This document shows, one piece after another, positions 27,162 through 40,600 of a DNA stretch of 43,874 bases; positions within the stretch are counted from its first letter, which is position 1; each line of letters opens with the position of its first letter. The notes under the pieces were generated by a model that was not told where the DNA came from, did not search any database, and was given only the letters and a program-made list of their open reading frames with translations. The translations under genes and the position numbers were made by a program. Origin of the DNA: Octopus bimaculoides (taxonomy: Eukaryota); contig NC_068992.1 in the NCBI RefSeq assembly GCF_001194135.2, positions 27,415,127-27,459,000 on the forward strand, written 5' to 3'.

Positions 27162-27784
27162 CATATATACATAACCCATGCTAGCATGGAAAGCAGACGA
27201 TGATGATGATGATATATATATATATANNNNNNNNNNNNNNNNNNNNNNNNNNNNNNNNNNNNNNNNNNNNNNNNNNNNNNNNNNNNNNNNNNNNNNNNNN
27301 NNNNNNNNNNNNNNNNNNNNNNNNNNNNNNNNNNNNNNNNNNNNNNNNNNNNNNNNNNNNNNNNNNNNNNNNNNNNNNNNNNNNNNNNNNNNNNNNNNNN
27401 NNNNNNNNNNNNNNNNNNNNNNNNNNNNNNNNNNNNNNNNNNNNNNNNNNNNNNNNNNNNNNNNNNNNNNNNNNNNNNNNNNNNNNNNNNNNNNNNNNNN
27501 NNNNNNNNNNNNNNNNNNNNNNNNNNNNNNNNNNNNNNNNNNNNNNNNNNNNNNNNNNNNNNNNNNNNNNNNNNNNNNNNNNNNNNNNNNNNNNNNNNNN
27601 NNNNNNNNNNNNNNNNNNNNNNNNNNNNNNNNNNNNNNNNNNNNNNNNNNNNNNNNNNNNNNNNNNNNNNNNNNNNNNNNNNNNNNNNNNNNNNNNNNNN
27701 NNNNNNNNNNNNNNNNNNNNNNNNNNNNNNNNNNNNNNNNNNNNNNNNNNNNNNNNNNNNNNNNNNNNNNNNNNNNNNNNNNNN

Positions 27785-27830
<46 letters not shown>

Positions 27831-30800
27831 CCCACACACACATCAAATAACTTTATCAGATTTTAAAACAATTTATAAAAATGTATTATTAGTTCTTTTT
27901 AGAATTTCCAAAATGTTATTCGTCAGAAGATTATGTTGAATAAAAAGAATGTACTAAGACTGAGTTTAGAGAAAAAATACAATATTGGGAAAAGGTTCTG
28001 TTATATTGCACCAAATGATCACATAGCAGCAAACAATAGATAATGGACAAAACAATAAATAATAAATCAGTAATTAAAAATATATATGATAGCCTATAGA
28101 AAAAGGGGGGATATAGATCTTTCTTTATGGCTAACCAAACAGAGAACAATCCAACCTTTATTTTACCCAAACAGAGAACAATCCAACCTTTATTTTACCC
28201 AAACAGAGGTTTCTTTACTGCCAACAATAATCAATCAGGAAAACTAGACTGTTTTAATGAAAGACTTACTCAGAGATAATTAATTAATGTTATTGTGATA
28301 ATAATGATAATGTTAAAATAAATATAGAAAATAGGACTTATCTACATTAACTTCTTTAATTTAGCAACACATTCAGTTGGAAAATATTTTACACTAACAT
28401 TTTCATATTTTTTTTAAATACATTTTAAACTCTCATGTGTCTTTTGGTTAATCAGTGCAATGTAAGCTGAGATAGAACTCATAAGCTTACAGAAGGATTT
28501 CAACAATTTTAGCCACTACGCCATGGAGAAATAGTACAAATTGGCAACTTTGTCTATTGAAAGCATAATCAGAAAAACAGATAAAATCACATGCAAAAAT
28601 GGACCATTCAAAACTTACAAAGTCTGCTAAGGAAAGAAAACAAACTCACAAGACTGAAATGGTTGTTAAAAAAAATTGAAGGTGTTTGATCCAGTTAATA
28701 ACAAAGCCAAGTTAACATTTAAAAAGTGTAACACCAAAATTAATCAATTATTTAAAGCTAATCAATTTTTTAGTGATTAATGAAATGTTATTAAATGAAA
28801 ATTCAAACTGATCAAATAAAATTCATATTAAAATGTCAAATTAATATTTTTGTGACAAATTCTAAAACTTCATTGAAATTCTTTCTCTCACTCAGAACCT
28901 TAACAATTTTCCCTGGTCTTCCTGTCCAACTGCTCCCAGCTCCAACCAGATCTCCTTTCCTCTTCCCGGTCACATCACTAGGGAGTTCTTTGACCTTCCT
29001 CACTTGTACCCTAGGAGTTTTATCTGAGGATCTGCAAGGCAAAGTTGTGCTGGAGTCCCCTAAGGGCATGTGCATTCTAATGCCACTTATCCATTTGATC
29101 TCTACATCAATGGAGGTCTATTAAGTTTGCTCCCCAAAAAACTATGTTGCTGATTTCCAATGGATTCCAGGCAACTTCCAAATATCTCAACATGTTAGCC
29201 CCATACAATGGAACTGACTTCACACTTGAACTGCAGATCTTAGTGTCCCTGGGATGAGCCTCAACTTCCAAATATTATTCAGCAGAAGGAATGCACACTT
29301 TGCCAATATTGGCTTTAACATCAGTAATAGTATCACTTGTCTGGTTGATGATCCAACCCAGGCACATAAAGCTTGAATGAATATCCTACAAAGTTCTCCA
29401 TAAGGGAAAATGGTTAAGGAATCTCAGTGAAAACTGCAGTCTACCAAACTGTCTCAACCTCTTTGTTGTTCTTGACAGTATCAATTACATTATAAAGAAC
29501 ATCACAGCAGTCAGGAGAAGTGGAATTCAATGGTCTTGAATTCAAACAGCTTGAAACACCTTGTTTACACAGATGATCTTGTACTGTTGTCTCATAGTCT
29601 ATGCCAGATGCAGAAGACATCGTCTCTCAAATCATTGAAATTAGTTTTATTTAAAAGAAAAGAATAGTAGTTGCTGTAAACGTTGTAGCTTAACTATGAT
29701 CAAAGAAGTTCTAACCAAGAACATACTATCTTTCTTTTTTTTTCAGACAGTCTATAAAGAACATTATCAAATATGGTCTTCCTTCTTTAAGACAGCAATG
29801 TATGATTTGAGAGATTTGTCTGTTATTTTTAGAGACTGATCAGCAATATCTAAATTCACTCATCTGAAGACAGATATTTGTATATGAATTCATGTTTCAA
29901 TATTACATCACAAGGTGGCGAGCTGGCAGAATCATTAGCACACCGGGCCTAGTGACAGTTTGTCTGTCAGCACATTCTGAGTTCAAATTCTGCCGATGAT
30001 GACTTTGCCTTTCATCCTTTTGGGGGTCGATAAAATAAGTACGAGTAGAGCACTGGGATTGATGTAACCAGCTTAACCCCTTCCCAAAGTTGCTAGCCTT
30101 GTGCCAAAATTTGAAACCAATATTATATTACAACACTTATTTCCATCTCCACTTATCCAGTCTATCTTCTCATTTTCAAATATCTGGGAACATAACACTC
30201 ATAGGAAAAATAAATCACAATAAAATAACAAACATACAAAGAAATAAGTCCATTTATCTAAACTATTGTCTGATTTTGCTTCAAGTTTTTTAATTCATTA
30301 ACAAACTTTCAACCTAGACAAAATGCTATATACATATTTATGTATTCAAACACCTCAAAAGTGAACATGGCCAAGATTTAGGTACTAATTAGTAAGAGAC
30401 CTAAACAGCAGTAGTTTTGTAGTCTTGGAAGTATAAAAGGAACTCAATACAGAAACACAAAAAAAAATGAAATCAGATCTCTGATAGTATATTAGAGACT
30501 CAATGCCTTAGGTGCTGTCAATTCATTGATGTAGTTAGCAAATTTGATGCTGTTTTGAATGAAGACATAATTAAGGCAGATCACTTTCCAACTAGAAGCA
30601 AGTTACTAATTAACAAAAATTAAAAATCATTAAAAAAAAGGAATGTTAATATTTCTGAGCTAATCCTAAAGAGGGCTAGAAAAAGTTCCAGGAATATTAA
30701 CCAAGTTAAAAATGAAGTATTCTTTCTATGAAACCATGTTATGAAATTGAGTAAAAAAAAATAACCAGATATCCAAAAGGATTGCTCAAGGTACGCAGGA

Positions 30801-33800
30801 GAGAGAATTCAGGAGAAAAAAAGATCTATATTATCCATTGTGGAAGGAAATACTGCAAAAATAGTCTAAATATAAAGCGGTGGGAAAAAATAATTAGGCC
30901 AGATGTGAAAACACTGAGCTGTACATAGCATAGCTTAGAGGAACATGGAGAAAGATTGTTTGCAAACCCTCTACTAATACCAACATGGAAAACAAGATAT
31001 TAAAATTCATCAAGTATTAATTTACGTAACACGATAGCATTTTTGTTGTTGTTTCTGTGGTCATTGTAGTTGATTGAATGAAATATTGAATTATTGGCTT
31101 ACAACCCATGAATTCAAATGGCTTGTTAGACTTGTGAGCTGTTCCTAAAGAGTTCACTTAACTAGCTTCATGCCTCTACTACTCAAGTAAATCTGGCTAG
31201 GGTCTCCTTAACAACGGCCATTGGTGTCAATAACAGAGTACATGTTTAAAATAAATTGTACATTTGTGTACATGTTATAGTAATTTACTTAAATATGCTA
31301 TATCAGCAGAAAGCTAACATTGATTTTTCTGTAACATTATTAACGTGCATTTTTTTATTTCATAAGAGATGTTTTTACAACTAAATATGCATAATACTTG
31401 TTAACCACCATATTGGAATATTCATGTTTAATCTGAGCCAGTACATATTTCTAGTTAATGTGACATGAAGTAGATGAACAACAAATCTCCAAATTTAAAT
31501 GCCAATCAAGAGATAGTACAATAGTTCAAATAACAGGGGGATTTTCTTTTGCTATACCTGTCACTGTGGCCTTACACAGAAACCAAAGCAGACAGCTTAG
31601 TTACCTAAATTAAAAGGTTTCGTTAACTACCAACAGCTATTTTAACAATGAAAAGTATTTGCTAGTCGTATTTAGAAAGTAGTTCAAAATCATTTAATCA
31701 TTAACGTTTTCTCCAGTAGAATGTTTAAGTATATTAATCAATATAATGTATCGTACTACTGAAATTTTAATCCAATTTTAGTGGTAAGCTTTCAAGTTAG
31801 CCACTTCCAGTTTAATCCAGTTCTGCTTACAATCAGAATCAAGCCAATGACCTCTTAAAAGTGTTGAACATTTTTTATTGTGTATTCAATTAACTAAATA
31901 CACACAGGCAGCTTACAGTTTCAGAGAAGAAATTTACAAAAGAACAAAAGAATTTAAAGTCCCTTTGTAGAATATCATAAAGATAGTAATGCATGATACC
32001 CACATACTCTACAAATAAAGTGTAATTAATTAATGTTTAGTGATTGTTTAACCCTTTCGTTACCAACCCAGCTGAAACCGGCTCTGGCTTTGGGTACAAA
32101 TGTCTTGTTTTCCTAAGTTCCACAAAACCTTAGTCACAATTTATATTCCTAACACTAGCTTAATGATAACTAAGTTATTTTACTAAATTCTTTGTTTTAT
32201 TTAAAGTAACTGAAAGAAACACAGAGCATCTCAAAATAAATACAGTAACGAAAGGGTTAATATTGGTTTCAAATTTTGGCACAAGGCTAGCAATTTCAGG
32301 GGGAGGAGATAATTGATTACATTGGCTCCAGTGTTCAGCTGGTACTTATTTTATCAACCCCAAAAGGATATATGGCAAGGTTGGCCTCAGCGGAATTTGA
32401 ACTCATAACTTAAGATAAACAAAATGCCGCTTGGCATTTTGCCAAGTGTGCTAAAGATTCTGCCATTTTGCCTCTTATGTTCTCTAGCAATAAATTCATA
32501 CTGCCAAATAACAAAATCATGGGAAGATAGGTGATGTTAAACAAGCATTAAGTAGCAAAATTTAATACACCTAGATGTAAAATTTGAAAAACTTCATGAT
32601 ATTCAAAACGAAATAAAAAAATTTGATATGCAGAGAGACATAGAAGTCAACCACAGGATTATTTAAAATGATCCCCCCATTCATCATCATCAGTTAATAT
32701 CCATGCTGGCAAGGGTTGGAGAGTTTTACAGGAGATGGTGAGCCAGAAGACTATGCCAAGTTCCAATGTCTGCTTTGAATGCCCTTCCTAACACCAAGTA
32801 ACACACATACACACTTCCCTCAGATAATTCTCAGTTTCAATACACCACAAGCCATCTAATACTTTTTCTATACTGAAATTCAAACATATATTGTTCATAA
32901 GAAATTACTAATATTTTCCTTATGTAGAATATAAATCAAATATTTATGACCAAGGAACCCTCTACATGACAGCTTGACTTGCCAGAAATAGTAGCCAAAT
33001 CTCCATTAAATCACATCCTACCTTTCTGAAAAAAGTACAACAGTTGTCGATGACTTTAAAAAGATGGAATGGTCACTTAAAAACCTGAGCTCTGAATAGA
33101 CATTACTCAATGTGTGTGTGTGCGTGTGCATATGCATATGCATGCGTATTTTTAATTAAGAAACATCAACATCTTGCAAATTCTATAAATTAGGTAATAG
33201 AAATAGGATATAAGGTTTCTTTTGCATTAACATAAATCTTTACCAAAGAAATTTCTACATAATAACAGTGAGGACATTTACATTAAGAAAAAAATAATAT
33301 ATGAAGTTAATTACTTTTTAATTAAATAATTTAGTCCAAACTGGGATTCTTATGAGAATATGTCCCATAAAATAGTTAAAACTTCTGAGATAAATTAAAC
33401 TATTCTATTAATTTATCTGTACAACATGCCACTTTAAATATCTATTCATGTATCCTAATTATAATAGATAATACAAAAGTATTATAAAGACGTATATTTA
33501 ACAGCCAAATAAATACAATAGAATAACCATCTGAAAGAAGATTATTAGCAAATATAAGCCACTTACACATATAATAGAAATCAAAATGTGTATGAAAATA
33601 ACAAATTGCTGAATTAGAGATCTATGTTTCTGGTTTGCTGACTAAAAGCAATGCAAATATGTCAACAAAGAATTCCGAGAACAAACATAAAGAACGTACA
33701 AAAAAAAAATAAGACAGTAGTAACATACAATAAGAATGGCCAGACATAAAAATATAAGATTGATTTTTATAAGCATTTATAATCTACATTAGAAGATAAT

Positions 33801-36800
33801 TTAGGTTTGGTGTCATACAAGTGAGCTTTTAATGACGTGCATAAGCTAAGCTAAGTTATATAGATAATAGGCAAATGGCTCCTTCAAAAGATAAAAGTCT
33901 CATTTCCAATGATGCTAATATTCCAACAATAGAAAAGATTTTGTCTTGTTAGAAAAGAGACAGTAGACGATGTTGTAAATGATAAGCATTCATAGTGATT
34001 TGCTATCTTTGGATTACGAATAAAAGACACATTAAAAGGAAATATTGAAAAGTGAAAGAAAGAGAATTTCTTTTCATCATTTGCCTTTAGTAAAATCATT
34101 ATTTTTACCTATGCTAAATAAATATCAGCACAATGTACTGGAGTTTCTGTAGAATTATAGAAGTAGCCAGATACCAAAGGACATAATCACTTAAGTACAA
34201 AACAAAACGAAATGGTTACCGTAAGAAAAAAGATGTACATACACACACGCACAGTGAATGAATGCCAAGAGAAATCTAAGAAAATATCTTGGCAAAATAA
34301 TTTTGAGCAAACTTATTGAATAAGATTTTATATGACTAACATAGAAGATGAGAAATCAGATCTATTATTCAACATGAAACAAAGATTCATATTTCCCAAG
34401 AGAAAATAGTAGGTCTATAAGTATATAAACAATTTTCACTGATATAACAAGATAATTCATGTTATTTAAAAGATATAAATTTAGTGTAGACAAGTTGTTT
34501 ATGTCAACAATGACAAGAGCAAAAACAAAAGATTTTACATATATTTTATCCAAAATAAAACAAAAATTTTAGTCTTAATATTAATCATTCTGAAAGTAGA
34601 GAAAAATGTAAAGACAGTAAAACAGAATGATTTACTGTTTCCAATTCTTTTTGTCTTTTTTTCCTGAAATTGTATATGGAGTTCAGTTTTTAACCTTGCA
34701 AAATGAATCTTAATTTGTAAAGAGGTTCAAAAAAGTGGTGGTTGATTTCATGGCAAAAAGCAGGAAAAAAACATCTTTCAAATAAGTTATTGTCAAAGCG
34801 TCACTGAGTCTTGTCCCTATTTACAAACAGGTCAAGGAAGGACATGTTAGACCATGTAGTCAGAGATAACTTAAAAGACGATGGTCAGAGCTGAAATGCC
34901 TCTAATCATAAGATTGTTAAGTCATTGTTGATACAGAGCTAAACAAAAACAAGTAGGTGAACAAAATAAGTGTCCTGCATAAAAACACAATGAAGGGCTT
35001 ACAGCAGATTTGATCTCACAAACTACAAGTTTGAAAGCAATACTTGACACATCCCTTTCCTCTCAACTAGAAAGATCTTTGTTTCACTCAGGAGAATGCA
35101 GCCATGCTGAGACACCACCTTGAAGAATTTTTAGTTGAACAAATCAACCCCAGTATTTTCCATTTTTTTAAGCTTGGTACTTATTCTACCAGTTACTTTC
35201 GCCAAACCACTAAATTATGGGAATGTAAACACACCAACATCGGTTGTCAAGTAGTGATGCTAACACATATCATCATCATTCTCCATGTTGGCATGAGTTG
35301 GACACACGCGCACACACGATGAACTGCTTTCAGTTTCTGTCTACCACATCTACCCACAAGGCTTTGATTAGTCCAAGGCTATCATAGAAGACACTTGCCC
35401 AAGATGCCAAGTAGTAGGACTGAACCCAGAACCATATGGTTAGGAAGCAAACTTCTTACCACACAGCCACACCTGCAACTATGTATTGAGATTTAATATT
35501 GTACATTTTTGATGAACAGTGACCTGAAAGTAATTGTGAAGGAATAAGTTTTGCCATTTTACATGGCTTACTCAGAGGAATAGAAGGGCTCCATTTATGT
35601 GCCATTTTGGTATCCTGTGACTGGTGGAAGGATAGAATTTGGTTATCCTCAAACCAGAAAACTGACCTAAATATTTGCAACAGAGTAAACTATTAAAAGA
35701 ACAAAAACAATTCCTCTAACAAGCTTCTACACAGTTTCCATCAACCAAATTTCACACACAAGGCCTTGGTTGAACCAAGACATAATTAAAAGACACCTGC
35801 CCAAGGTACCACGCAATGACATTGAACTCCTAACGACATAGTTAAAAAGCAGAGTTCTAAACTCCACAACAATGCCAGGTTTAACATTCTTCTAAGTTAC
35901 ATAAATTTACTCTGTTAACATAAACAAACTATGTGGAACTCAAGAATGAAAAATAAAATGTCTAGAATTTAAGAACAAGGACAAACACCAAGGAATAAAG
36001 CAATAATTTTAAGTATGATTTGAAGAAGTAAAGGAATTTCATAAAATGAGAATTTTTTTTTTAAATGTATATAGGTGACTAGTTTTTTATGAGTAACCTA
36101 GTATACTCTTAATGTTTCTTGTATAAGGCAGCTCTCAGTGAAGAATTAACATCAGTCTAGTAACTACAAAACAATATTCTTACTTCTCAAAAGAGGGAGA
36201 TCTATAGATCATTTAATATTTATACTAATACAGAAATTTAAAAAGAGGATTTCTAACATAAGCCAGAAGTTATCTAAGGGTTACAGCTTGAATTATTGGG
36301 TCATTTGAAAAGGCAGGCAAACTGTTTCCCAGGTAACTTGATCAATATATGAACAAATTATATTTGTAATGGTACAACACATTAAAGGCAAATATGGAAA
36401 GACTGAACAGCAACACTATTTGTTGTTACAAAATAAGAGCAGGTTAAGAGTTGGAAGCAAAAGCTCTGAGGCAAACATGTTTATAAACAATAAGCACAAA
36501 ATTTTAGATAGCATTCCTTGATCAATATTGAGTAAGGAATGAAAAGTTTTATTTGGCAATCTGGTGTTGTCTTAATTAAATTAAAAGTTACAACTCTAGG
36601 ATTAGACTTAACCCAGCCAAAATGTAACTACAAGGATGGTGGTAAAAATCTATAAAAGTTGAAGAATATATATCATCATCATAATTTAACATCCGTTTTC
36701 CATGCTGGCTTGGCTGTGTATATATGTGTATGTATGTATGTATGTATGTATATATATAAATATATATNNNNNNNNNNNTATATATATATATAGGTAATAT

Positions 36801-37585
36801 TACAACTGATGACAAAAGATAATAGCTACAATTAGTGCTCAGGTTGACTTCCTGGTAAACTACTTGAGCTGCAACTAAAAATGCAGGGATGTTATAGCTG
36901 CCTGATAAAGATTGACTCTGTCCATTATCTGATACCAGTTGTGTGCCTGTTGCCTGTTTGTATGTATGTGGGTGGCAGCTGATGAAGGATATGTTCTCTA
37001 TGTAGCCTGCTTGTTTGTTGTACCTTGTTTATCATTTTGTCCATGTTCTTTTGCAACGTCATGTACTCAGATAGGTATCTATATGTACATGTAGATGAAG
37101 GTATCTACATACATGTACATATATNNNNNNNNNNNNNNNNNNNNNNNNNNNNNNNNNNNNNNNNNNNNNNNNNNNNNNNNNNNNNNNNNNNNNNNNNNNN
37201 NNNNNNNNNNNNNNNNNNNNNNNNNNNNNNNNNNNNNNNNNNNNNNNNNNNNNNNNNNNNNNNNNNNNNNNNNNNNNNNNNNNNNNNNNNNNNNNNNNNN
37301 NNNNNNNNNNNNNNNNNNNNNNNNNNNNNNNNNNNNNNNNNNNNNNNNNNNNNNNNNNNNNNNNNNNNNNNNNNNNNNNNNNNNNNNNNNNNNNNNNNNN
37401 NNNNNNNNNNNNNNNNNNNNNNNNNNNNNNNNNNNNNNNNNNNNNNNNNNNNNNNNNNNNNNNNNNNNNNNNNNNNNNNNNNNNNNNNNNNNNNNNNNNN
37501 NNNNNNNNNNNNNNNNNNNNNNNNNNNNNNNNNNNNNNNNNNNNNNNNNNNNNNNNNNNNNNNNNNNNNNNNNNNNNNNNNNNNN

Positions 37586-37627
<42 letters not shown>

Positions 37628-40600
37628 CATACACACAGACACACACACACATTTCACTAACCCACATAAAAATACATCTAAAAGTTTGTCATTATCCAAA
37701 TGAACTTACCAACTGAGCTAAGCTTGATGATCCTGTGACAAGCTAGAAGAATGATAAAAGAAAGTTCAACTTAGAATTACATAAATTAAACAACTAAAAC
37801 AACAGCTAATTGACCTTTCAGAAGACTGATTCAGTATAATTATACTAATTAATTCACAACATACCATTGATAAGCCTTTCCTTCAAGTCAATTAGAACTC
37901 ATATACATATATAAAGCTACAAACGTCTTATAAACAATATCAAGGAAAATAAAATTGTTTTATATTTTTGTTAATATATGAAAAACACTAACATTCTAGG
38001 TTGGTGAAATATATACCAAACCGACATTTATATTTGACTAAATGGTGGGTAACAAACAAAAACAGGTAATAAAATAATTGTTCAAACAAATTACATCATC
38101 TTCAGAGAGTAAAAAAATATTTTAAAACATTCTTTACAATATTTGGCCAGGTGGTTGTTTGTCTATTGTATTTAACTCTTCACCTACTACCCCTTTATTA
38201 CTCTCCCAATTATCAATTGCCTTCTTTCCTATTCACTGTACCATGACCCCAATATAACAAAGAATGGCACCAAACATGTCTATATTAATTCCCACGCAAC
38301 CATCACCTTTCATCACTCTACCACTGACCATGTCACAAGATGGCTTACTATCATCTCTCTCTCTCTCCTTTAATGATACCTACCACACTCTTCTACTATT
38401 ACTCATTTTACTGCGAACATTAAATGATTATGATGATGATTTACGTTACTAATTCATGTTTATTTTACAGATGTACAAGAGTAGAAAATGGGTAGAGAAG
38501 ACAGTCAATTATGTCATCCCCAATACTCAATTGGTTCTTACTTTATCAAACCCAGAAGGATGAAAGGTGAAGTCAACCACAGCAGGAATTTGAACTAAGA
38601 ATGTAAAGGGCATAACTAACCACCACAAAGCTTTGTGTCTGATATGCTAATGATTTTGTTAATCCAATGCTTCAAGGTATCAAGATCTTATAATCACATT
38701 TCTTCTACTTTCCAGATGAAAGGATTGTAGCTATATAAGGAATCTGTATTAGAAATGACATCCAGCTGTTCCATTTTAGAATAAAAAAAAGAAATTCTTA
38801 CCAAATCTGTTAAGCTATCATTCCTCACAGGATATTCATCATTTGAGCCAATCCTGAATGATTGAATTTCAAGAGAAGTTTGTTCAGGCTCATTTTCCCT
38901 AAATTCGTATGCAATTCCTCTTTCATGAATTTGTGCATATTCACTAAAAATGAAAAAAAAATATGGCATTAATAATTTTTTTTTTTAATCCATTTCAAGT
39001 GAACCCAGTCTTTTTTATAGGGGTCAAAGTCAACTTGTAAAAATGTAAAAAAAAATCTTACCTAAATATTATCTTTGCATTTCCCATTCAATTAGCAAAC
39101 TTTACATTGACAATTTTTTAGGAAAGGTAATTTTGAACAAGAGACTGCCTTGTGCCAGAACACTTTTCTCAATTTATTGGAAAACAAAAGCTAACCAATT
39201 CATATAATGCTGGGAGAGGGCTCTCATATGACACACAGACAGAGAGATATATCTGGAACAGTGATGGACCTAATTTAAGATGGCTACTGAATACAAATTT
39301 TTACGTACATCACATCTATAGAATGTGATGTACGTGATCACATCATAAGTGAAGGTACAGGAACCAAAGGTTGAGGTAAGGATCTGGATCTCTGGAACCA
39401 TTTTCTTTCAACTTGCCAGTGCTGGTGCCATGTAAAAAGCACCCAGTCCACTCTCTAAAGTGGTTGATGTTAGGAAGGGAATCTACCCATAAAATCCATG
39501 CCAAATCAGATCTCACCAATGATGGGGTCATATAAAAAGCACTCAGTCCACTCTGTGAAATGGCTGGTGCTAGAAAGGGCACCCAACTATGAACATCATA
39601 CCAAAGTAGACAGAGGAGCTTGGCCAAGTCCTCTAGCTCGTCAGCTCGCATGGAAGAGATGATGATAAATGGTCAAAATCCTTATGATTTTTCTTTCCTA
39701 ATCATCCACATATAAAACTAATAGGAAAAATGTGGATACAAGAGTGATATTCTTATTTGTGTTGGGGTTTTAAAGTCAATTTGAAGCATTAAAAATTTGT
39801 CCAACACAATGGTGAACACAGCAGAATTATATGGATGCAAACTCTATTTCACCTTCTCATGAATAAACAGAGCGGAGTGGGGACCAAAATCTTCTCCTGA
39901 TATATCAGTGTAGGTTGATTGGGAGAATGGAGACTATTGCTAATGCATTCAATTTTTCTGTGGAATGTATTCTGAAAGGCAGAGGAGAGGGTGGTATAAA
40001 AAGGTAAAATTTTTGAAGGAAAAAATTCTCTGGAGCTTCACTTGTTATTTCTAGCATGTCAAGCAAGCTGTTGAAACAGCAGATGAAATGAGGCTGCCCT
40101 TACTTCATCTGCTGGTTCAAGAGGCATCCATGCACACATGGTAAGTATTGTTATACCAACAACCTGGTATGGGACCAGTTTGAAAAACTGAAATTTTGAG
40201 AAGAAATTTTTTTCAGAACTCTGGCATGTCACATGACCATATTGAGACCTTCCTCATTTTATCTGCTGTTAAAAGCAGCAGTTATGCATACAGAAATGAG
40301 TGGCTGAGTTTAAAACTAGAATGTTAATATGTCAGTTGAGATGGTTATTCCAAACAGCTGAGAGCTTAAGTGATGGATTTTGAAAAAATTGAAATTCTTT
40401 AAATATTTTTTTTTTCCTGAATTATTTACTTTTCCACATGAAATTTTCCAAATTTTTTTAAAGACTAAAGAAAAAAAATTTTGGAGTTGTGTGAAATTTT
40501 GAGAGCGTAAAATCATTTATCACCATTATCAAAAACACAATTCCAAAGAAATTTTTAAAAAAGAAAAAAGAGGGAGGAATGTATTCAACAGATCTACACT

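Noticed and set aside
27033-27939. Long ORFs here and at 37025-37703
   Set aside because: They run through N gaps and (TA)n
34840-34859. GGACATGTTA-GACCATGTAG, p53RE-like
   Set aside because: Appears to lie within a dispersed repeat (similar text near 4370 and 23690); the second half-site has three mismatches
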